A DNA stretch of 32,000 nucleotides from Candidatus Saccharimonadota bacterium (GTDB taxonomy: Bacteria > Patescibacteriota > Gracilibacteria > UBA1369 > 2-02-FULL-48-14): contig CP064962.1 of assembly GCA_016699145.1 (NCBI GenBank), positions 750,001 through 782,000 of the forward strand. Direction: 5' to 3'. Position numbers and translations under genes: made by a program. Under the pieces are notes generated by a model. That model saw only the letters and a list, made by a program, of their open reading frames with translations. It was not told where the DNA came from and ran no database searches. Below, in pieces: positions 26,880-32,000 of the stretch; position 1 is the stretch's first letter; each line of letters begins with the position of its first letter.

Positions 26880-27776
26880 CTCGCCCTTAAAACCCTCGCT
26901 GCGCCACAGCTGTCCTTGCGGGCCCACAAGCATGGCTTCCAGTGGCAAAGACGGTACCAGCTGGCGGGCTTTTTCAAAGCCCAAAACAAAGAGCGCCGTC
27001 GAATACGCATCGGCAATCAGCGCGGACTCGGCCTGGGTGTACACCGCCAGCATTTTCCTCGCCGGCTCGCCCGTGCGGGGGTCCACCAAATGATGCCGCT
27101 CGCCATTTCGCCACTGCCGCCGGCTGGGGCTGCTCGCCGCCAAGGCGAGCGGTCCGTACGCCCTCATCTCACCAATCGCCAAGCTAAGATCCGTGGGATG
27201 TTCAAACAAAATCCGCCATGGCTCGCCGTTTTCATCGCTGCCTTGCACAAATAAATCTCCGCCTGCATTGATGCAAAACCCTTTCAAAATGTCCAACTCT
27301 CCACATTCGCCTTTGAGAGCATTCACCATGCGATCAATGGCATAACCTTTGCCCAGGCCACCCAATTCCACCGGCATCGAAATGCGCACCTCAAACTTTT
27401 CGCCGGAACGAAGTTCCATGGGGCCCACCCGGCTCGCCTCCTTTTCCACAAAAGAATACGTTTCATCGTAACCCCACGCCTCCAAAATGCTTTTCACCGA
27501 AAGATCAAAAGCCCCTTCGCTGCGCGCCCGCAATCGCTCCCCGAATTCAAGCAAACGAAAGAATTCTTCCTCCACCACAGTCCACTCGCCCACTTGAGCA
27601 TTCAAGGCAGCCAGCGCATTGCCTTTTAAAAACCGGGAATAAGCAGCCTCAATGCGAGCACATTCTTCAAAACAAAAGCGCGCCAACGCCGCAGCCACTT
27701 GCTGCTCCTCTTCCACCACCAACTGCAAAACAACGGGTGTGCCTAAATGCCGTTCCTCAAAAGTGAAACGCTTCAT
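26865..27776 (-). CDS. apbE: FAD:protein FMN transferase (ApbE family)
   Basis: GLGKGYAIDR, INAGGDLFVQG, HHLVDPRTGEP and ADAYSTALFVLG. The start overlaps the upstream FMN-binding gene stop (ATGA). The N-terminus MKRFTFEERHLGTP shows no signal peptide. Confidence 0.85.
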   Translation of the reverse strand: MKRFTFEERHLGTPVVLQLVVEEEQQVAAALARFCFEECARIEAAYSRFLKGNALAALNAQVGEWTVVEEEFFRLLEFGERLRARSEGAFDLSVKSILEAWGYDETYSFVEKEASRVGPMELRSGEKFEVRISMPVELGGLGKGYAIDRMVNALKGECGELDILKGFCINAGGDLFVQGSDENGEPWRILFEHPTDLSLAIGEMRAYGPLALAASSPSRRQWRNGERHHLVDPRTGEPARKMLAVYTQAESALIADAYSTALFVLGFEKARQLVPSLPLEAMLVGPQGQLWRSEGFKGELYLE

Positions 27777-28288
27777 GCGCTCGCTTCAGCACGAATCGCT
27801 TCCACCGCTGCATTGAATCCCATGGGGGTGAGAGACGATCCATTCACTGCCCCAATGGCACCCAAACTGTCGATGGGCTTCCCTACTACAAGAGAAGAGA
27901 TGCCATCGGCAAACAAACCTTGAAACCGTATGCTCGCTTCATTGGTGGCCAAATTGCCAATAGAAACACTTTGCACAAGACCTTCTTTAAGCACTAAAGT
28001 TACAGAAACAGACTCTTGACCGGCCGGGCTGGTATAGGCTCCAACTTCAGTGTAAGTGCCGTCTTCATAAGCGCTCTCCTCTTCCACGGGCGCCTTTTTT
28101 TCAGCTTCTTCAACCTGTTCAGTCGCCTCCACCTTTCCAGAATCGTCTTCCACTTTTCCAGTTCCCTCAAAACTGTCTTCTAAAGAACCTTGCATTTCCC
28201 CAGTTTTTACAGGTTCGGATGCGCATCCGGTGAACAAAAGTCCGGTCACAATGAACAAAAACAAAGCGAAGTGGATGGTTTTTTGCAT
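27773..28288 (-). CDS. FMN-binding-domain lipoprotein (probable ApbE substrate)
   Basis: Start at ATG 28288. Signal peptide plus lipobox: MQKTIHFALFLFIVTGLLFTGC. The acidic linker is followed by an FMN_bind-like domain (DGTYTEVGAYTSPAGQESVSVTLVLKEGLVQSV...AVNGSSLTPMGFNAAVEAI). Confidence 0.65.
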   Translation of the reverse strand: MQKTIHFALFLFIVTGLLFTGCASEPVKTGEMQGSLEDSFEGTGKVEDDSGKVEATEQVEEAEKKAPVEEESAYEDGTYTEVGAYTSPAGQESVSVTLVLKEGLVQSVSIGNLATNEASIRFQGLFADGISSLVVGKPIDSLGAIGAVNGSSLTPMGFNAAVEAIRAEASA

Positions 28289-28333
28289 AAATAGAGTTAA
28301 TATGACGTGCGACGCCACTATACACTCTCCATT

Positions 28334-29146
28334 ATGCTCATCAAGCTTGATCCCATCAAACGCGGCGCTGCGTTTCTCGTTTTACTTTCAGCCTTTGCCT
28401 TTGGCTACAACGCCTCCGGTCAAGTGGCCCTTCACTTGCTCAGCACGGTGGGATTCAGTCTTTTGCTGTACAGCGCTTACACCTGGTTTCTTCCCAACAA
28501 ACATAAAAATGCGTGGAACACGCTCATTACTGGACTCATCCTGTTTTTGATTTTGCATTACGGGGTCACCTGGACGGATCTCATCTATCCGCTCACAGCG
28601 ACGTTCTTGGCCGTCAGCATCAAATTTTTTGTGGAATACAAAGGTTCGCCCATCGTCAATCCTGCGGCTGCCAGCCTCTTGCTTGCGGCCCTCGTCCTGG
28701 CCTTTGTTCCAGGTTTGGATCGCCCCTTCGTCTCATGGTGGGGCGCCTCTTTTTGGCTGCTCGATCTTGGCCCTGTACAAATCCCATTGTCGCTTTTGCT
28801 CCTGCTGCCGTGGCTCATTTTTGGAGTGCCTTCCTGGAGGCGGTGGACAGCGGTGCTCAGCTTTTTTGCCGTTTACTTTGTGGGCCTGCTTTTGCGGGGG
28901 CAAGGCTTAGAAAGCGTACAATTCGTATTCACCGACTCCATGATTTATTTCTACGCCACCGTGATGTTGATAGAGCCCAAGACCTCTCCTTTTAGGCCCA
29001 GCCACCAGCTGCTTTATGGAGCCGTCGCCGCAGCGCTTATCCATGTGCTGCTCCTCGTCCATGCACCCTACCCCGAACTCTTCGCCCTCGTTGCGGCTAA
29101 TTTGGGGAACGCCACTTTGCGTTGGAAGCCGACGGATCCTGCCTGA
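28334..29146 (+). CDS. NqrB/RnfD-family-like polytopic membrane protein (short, stand-alone)
   Basis: About 8 hydrophobic segments. MLIEPKTSPF resembles the conserved (M/A)TDPVTSP motif near the C-terminus of NqrB/RnfD. ATG 28334 preferred. Divergent from the FMN-bind/apbE operon with a 45-bp spacer. Confidence 0.55.
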   Translation: MLIKLDPIKRGAAFLVLLSAFAFGYNASGQVALHLLSTVGFSLLLYSAYTWFLPNKHKNAWNTLITGLILFLILHYGVTWTDLIYPLTATFLAVSIKFFVEYKGSPIVNPAAASLLLAALVLAFVPGLDRPFVSWWGASFWLLDLGPVQIPLSLLLLLPWLIFGVPSWRRWTAVLSFFAVYFVGLLLRGQGLESVQFVFTDSMIYFYATVMLIEPKTSPFRPSHQLLYGAVAAALIHVLLLVHAPYPELFALVAANLGNATLRWKPTDPA

Positions 29147-29177
29147 ACTGCCACTGATTTTGCAAAATCTAATCTGT

Positions 29178-29202
29178 AAATTCCTCCCCGGGGAGGAATT
29201 TT
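29178..29202 (+). terminator. perfect 24-bp palindrome ending in a T run; likely intrinsic terminator after the NqrB-like gene
   Basis: AAATTCCTCCCCGGGGAGGAATTT at 29178-29201 forms a 10-bp GC-rich stem with a CCGG loop and runs into TTTT. Lies 32 nt after the stop at 29146. Confidence 0.5.
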
Positions 29203-29245
29203 AACCTGTAAAAAAGAGGGGAACAGCCCTGAGGAGCAATCGCTC

Positions 29246-29273
29246 TTGACAAATACAGGAAGTCATCTATTCT
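29246..29273 (+). promoter_or_regulatory. sigma70-like promoter candidate for 29308-30300
   Basis: TTGACA (29246-29251), 16-nt spacer, TATTCT (29268-29273), 35 nt upstream of the ATG. Confidence 0.4.
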
Positions 29274-29307
29274 AAAGCCCTGCAGTATCCTTAACACTTT
29301 TTTATTT

Positions 29308-30300
29308 ATGTCAAAGTTCAAACGCAGCTTGACCCCTCTCCTCCTCGCCGTAATGGCAGTGACGGGAGTCTTTTATCCAGCTCCTCAAAGTTTTGCCACA
29401 GAAAACTGTGTGGAGGACGGCTATGAAAACTATACGCCCGAAACAGCTTACCCTGGAGAAGGCTTCGTCTTTGGAACAGCGTGTGCCCCCAATACGGACT
29501 ATTATAGCCTCGGTACCCTACCCATGTATGCAACGATTGATCTTTGGGCGGATGCATACGAGGCCGAGGCCCTTAACAACGGAGAATTTATAGCAAGCCC
29601 CGGACTCACCGTGGATCTTATAATCTGGGACGGGAGCACCGAGACCTTGGTAACAAGTTCCACCCTCATGACCACTGAAGAAAACAACTATGCCAGCGGC
29701 TTGTCTCATCAAGTGACGCAAGAAGCTGAATACATGCTCCGCATCAATGGAATTGAAGAGACAGATCTTGTCTACTACATTTTCCCTAGTGTACAAAGAT
29801 ACCCTAACCTGGTAGCGAGTGATTTCGAATATCGACGTCACAACAACGCTATCCGCTTCACGGTTAGCAACACCACCGACGACGACTTGACCGGTGAGTA
29901 CAACATCAGCAACGCCCGCACACGCATTTACGTGCGAAATCTTGAAACGGCTGGAAGCGAAAACCCTGGCGTGCTTTGGAACTATGCATGGGGGCAAGAC
30001 AACGGCATCAGTGGTGTATTGGACGCTCGTAGCAGAGCCTTCTTAAGTGCTTACGGCAGCAAACGCTTTGTGGTTTACACAGAAGATCTTATGCTCGTTG
30101 AAGGATACAACTTGCTCACGGTGCATGTGGATGCCAAAAATGAAGGAGAGGATGACAACGGCTACGTCGTTGAAGGAAATGAAGAAGACAACTACGACCA
30201 CCTTTGTCTGCTCGCAGAAAGCGATGGAGAAGGAAGCATGTCCTACGAAGAAGCAAGTTTAAACACTTGTAGAACCGAGCTGGGTCTCTTGAGTCTCTAA
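29308..30300 (+). CDS. secreted hypothetical protein (signal peptide; beta-rich PPC-like and CARDB-like segments)
   Basis: Signal peptide MSKFKRSLTPLLLAVMAVTGVFYPAPQSFA. DYYSLGTL...TVDLIIWDGS...EAEYMLRING resembles pre-peptidase C-terminal-type domains. NLVASDFEY...IRFTVSNTTDDDLTGEYN resembles CARDB. Both are pattern-level calls. Confidence 0.6.
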   Translation: MSKFKRSLTPLLLAVMAVTGVFYPAPQSFATENCVEDGYENYTPETAYPGEGFVFGTACAPNTDYYSLGTLPMYATIDLWADAYEAEALNNGEFIASPGLTVDLIIWDGSTETLVTSSTLMTTEENNYASGLSHQVTQEAEYMLRINGIEETDLVYYIFPSVQRYPNLVASDFEYRRHNNAIRFTVSNTTDDDLTGEYNISNARTRIYVRNLETAGSENPGVLWNYAWGQDNGISGVLDARSRAFLSAYGSKRFVVYTEDLMLVEGYNLLTVHVDAKNEGEDDNGYVVEGNEEDNYDHLCLLAESDGEGSMSYEEASLNTCRTELGLLSL

Positions 30301-30320
30301 TCTGAATCCACAAAAGAAAG

Positions 30321-30362
30321 GGTGAGGTGAATCCATTTAAGGGTCCATCTCACCTTTTTTTT
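30321..30362 (+). terminator. rho-independent terminator
   Basis: GGTGAGGTGAATCC-ATTTAA-GGGTCCATCTCACC forms a 14-bp stem (one mismatch, two G-U) followed by T8. It starts 21 nt after the stop at 30300. Confidence 0.8.
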
Positions 30363-30515
30363 CATAGGATCCGCAGGAATTGCTCATCTTTGCGCGCGCA
30401 AAGATTTAACGTCAATTTATGCCTTGGATAAGCCATTTCTACTTTAGCACTACCAAGTGCACAGACGCAGTGATTGACTATATTTTTGAATTTTCTCTAA
30501 TCAACTGACGTAGTT

Positions 30516-31061
30516 CCCCGGGCGTAAGCCCGAGGGATGTAGTGGGTGCCCGCATCTTCGTGGTGGTGTAAAGTGGAGGCATGAAGAAGCTACGAAAAAG
30601 CTCACACGCAGTTTTCATCTGTGACTATCACTTAGTTTGGCCGACCAAATACCGTCGGAAGATATTCAACGAAGGTGTGTTGGCTTTTCTGCAGGAAGTG
30701 ATGAAGGATATTCCGAAGTACTATCCGGAACTGGTGGTGAAAGAGGTAAACACGGATTTAGACCATGTACATATTTTAATTTCCATACCTCCACAAATAG
30801 CAGTGGGAGAGGTGGTGAGAATAATAAAAGCCAACACAGCTCGTGAGTTGAACATAAAGTTTCCGTTTCTTAGAAAAGTGTACTGGGGACGAGAAGTATT
30901 TGGTCGGCAGGTTACTTTGCCTCCACAGTTGGGATTAACGAGGAGGTCATTCGAAAGTATATCCAACAACAGGGCGAAGAAGATGCGGGCCAAGCGCAGC
31001 TTGAACTAGGCTGAAACCCCGAGCGTAAGCTCGGGGAGGTTCATTCCCTACAATGGGGAAT
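30516..31061 (+). mobile_element. IS200-like element (IS200/IS605 family, tnpA only); extent is the minimum defined by the subterminal hairpins
   Basis: tnpA is flanked by two related GTAA-tetraloop hairpins: CCCCGGGC-GTAA-GCCCGAGGG at 30516-30536 and the perfect CCCCGAGC-GTAA-GCTCGGGG at 31017-31036. A further hairpin, ATTCCC-N7-GGGAAT, lies at 31043-31061. True cleavage sites not determined. Confidence 0.7.
30581..31014 (+). pseudogene. tnpA: IS200-type Y1 (HUH) transposase TnpA, frameshifted just before the catalytic tyrosine
   Basis: The track ORF (30581-31009) has the HUH motif (LDHVHILISIPP), but after YWGREV it reads FGRQVTLPPQLGLTRR. The adjacent frame reads (F)WSAGYFASTVGINEEVIRKYIQQQGEEDAGQAQLELG*, with stop at 31012-31014, which is the canonical C-terminus including the catalytic Y. 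One extra T in TTT at 30899-30901 restores a 144-aa protein. Confidence 0.8.
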
Positions 31062-31077
31062 TACGATCCGCTTGGAC

Positions 31078-31106
31078 TTGACACAAATCATATTTTAGCG
31101 CATAGT
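31078..31106 (+). promoter_or_regulatory. sigma70-like promoter candidate for the FHA gene
   Basis: TTGACA (31078-31083), 17-nt spacer, CATAGT (31101-31106). Lies just outside the right IS200 hairpins. Confidence 0.3.
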
Positions 31107-31125
31107 TTAAACCTATTTTATCAAG

Positions 31126-31563
31126 TTGAAAATGAAACCCGCAAAAGGCGGAACGATTACAGAAGTAACCAATGAGAGGGTTTTAACAAGAGGAGGCGAA
31201 TGCATAGTTCCCCCTACGGTAGAAAAAGTCATACTCTCTATAAGGTCAAGTTTGCGATTTCCAAGGGAACCAGGGGATCAAGAAGACCGTACCGTACCTA
31301 AGGAAGTACCCTTGGGCCATGTGATTCGCAGAGAAGGGGTATGGGTATGGGTTTCACCTCTAAATAGTGAACGAAACATTAGCAGCACACTCACCCCTTT
31401 GGGGCGTCCAAACGTAGATTCAGGGGGCCTACCTTTCAACGACACTGCAATGGCGGCTTCCGAAAAACACTTCAGCCTCCAAGCCTTTGAAGATGGAAGT
31501 TTACGAGTGACAGACCTAGGAAGTACAAATGGTACAGTAGCAAAGTGGGTCACCCTCACTTAA
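31126..31563 (+). CDS. FHA-domain protein
   Basis: The C-terminal half fits FHA: PLGRPNVDSGGLPFNDTAMAASEKHFSLQAFEDGSLRVTDLGSTNGT (GR...S..H......g.l.v.DlgStNGT). Start is TTG 31126 or ATG 31132. Confidence 0.65.
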   Translation: MKMKPAKGGTITEVTNERVLTRGGECIVPPTVEKVILSIRSSLRFPREPGDQEDRTVPKEVPLGHVIRREGVWVWVSPLNSERNISSTLTPLGRPNVDSGGLPFNDTAMAASEKHFSLQAFEDGSLRVTDLGSTNGTVAKWVTLT

Positions 31564-31963
31564 GCACCTTCCCATTTAAATACACCGCCACCTCTTTTTG
31601 AGTTTGCAGACGGAAAGGCGCTCCTTCCACCACTACCGTTTGGTCCAAATCTCCGTGCTCGCGACTTTGATTGGCCGCTTCGGTGAAGAGTTTGAGCTTG
31701 GCCTCTGCCATTGCTTCTTTAGCCATTTGCACGCGTTCGCGATATTCGTTGTACTCCACACTGTCTTCTATGATTTTTTTAAGATGTTCCTCCTTACGTT
31801 CCTTCACTTGTTTTTTCAAATCTTTGAGGCTCAAAAGAAGATCCTCCAGTTCCATCGGAATGTCATCCTCAATGTCCTTCATGAGACTCTTGAGCTCTTT
31901 GAGCTCGGCGAGTTTTTCGTTAAGAATCGCGATTTGTTCCTGAAAAGTTGCTGATGCTGCCAT
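31556..31963 (-). CDS. hypothetical coiled-coil protein
   Basis: 135 aa, rich in heptad-like E/K/L sequence (AILNEKLAELKELKSLMKDIEDD...). Convergent with the FHA gene, with an 8-nt overlap. Confidence 0.5.
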   Translation of the reverse strand: MAASATFQEQIAILNEKLAELKELKSLMKDIEDDIPMELEDLLLSLKDLKKQVKERKEEHLKKIIEDSVEYNEYRERVQMAKEAMAEAKLKLFTEAANQSREHGDLDQTVVVEGAPFRLQTQKEVAVYLNGKVLK

Positions 31964-32000
31964 AAAAATGATTAAAAGCCCGCTGAGCTTAGCAAAAAAT

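Noticed and set aside
24276-31000. Direct repeat of the tRNA-Asp 3' end (att-like) and an integrase that would delimit a genomic island.
   Set aside because: I could not find a second copy of the tRNA 3' segment (GTTCGAGTCCCGTTCATCCCGCCA or its last ~12 nt) by eye. No tyrosine or serine recombinase ORF is present. The by-eye scan is not exhaustive.
1-32000. CRISPR arrays, rRNA genes, reverse transcriptase/retron/DGR components, tmRNA, RNase P and SRP RNA signatures.
   Set aside because: No regularly spaced direct repeats were seen. No RT motifs occur in any listed ORF. None of the conserved ncRNA core motifs I know were seen in the intergenic regions. This is a by-eye negative only, and an Rfam scan would be decisive.

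Overview
32-kb bacterial chromosomal window. The backbone is compact housekeeping genes on both strands: Wzx-like flippase, prfB, def, FemAB-family transferase, ftsA-ftsZ, 5'-3' exonuclease, DUF721/DciA-like protein, rpsP plus KH protein, GT4 glycosyltransferase, tRNA-Asp(GUC), DAG-kinase-family lipid kinase, and an ApbE / FMN-binding lipoprotein / NqrB-RnfD-like trio. TGA is used as a stop and RF2 is present, so the standard bacterial code applies. About ten start sites I inspected lack a Shine-Dalgarno motif. Six IS copies from four families interrupt the backbone (2x IS481-like, 1x IS4-like, 2x IS30-like, 1x IS200-like). Five of the six carry frameshifts. Orphan genes sit next to them and look lower in GC by eye: a 314-aa orphan, a stand-alone Hanks-type kinase, an FHA protein, a PIN toxin pair and a 316-aa orphan. 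Most notable structures: (i) a head-to-tail IS481-like dimer whose abutted ends were split by an IS4-like insertion, with every junction and target duplication readable; (ii) two direct IS30-like copies bracketing ftsA-ftsZ; (iii) an IS30 transposase whose ATG is separated from the rest of the ORF by an A7 run in both copies; (iv) an orphan ApbE-centred flavinylation module with an apparently signal-peptide-less ApbE; (v) a 238-nt prfB-def spacer with nucleotide-level repeats resembling the IS481-like right end. I recognised no CRISPR array, rRNA, reverse transcriptase or known multi-gene defence system. No new system can be claimed from reading the sequence alone, so candidates are listed as findings. 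All family calls come from motif recognition by eye; no database search was run.
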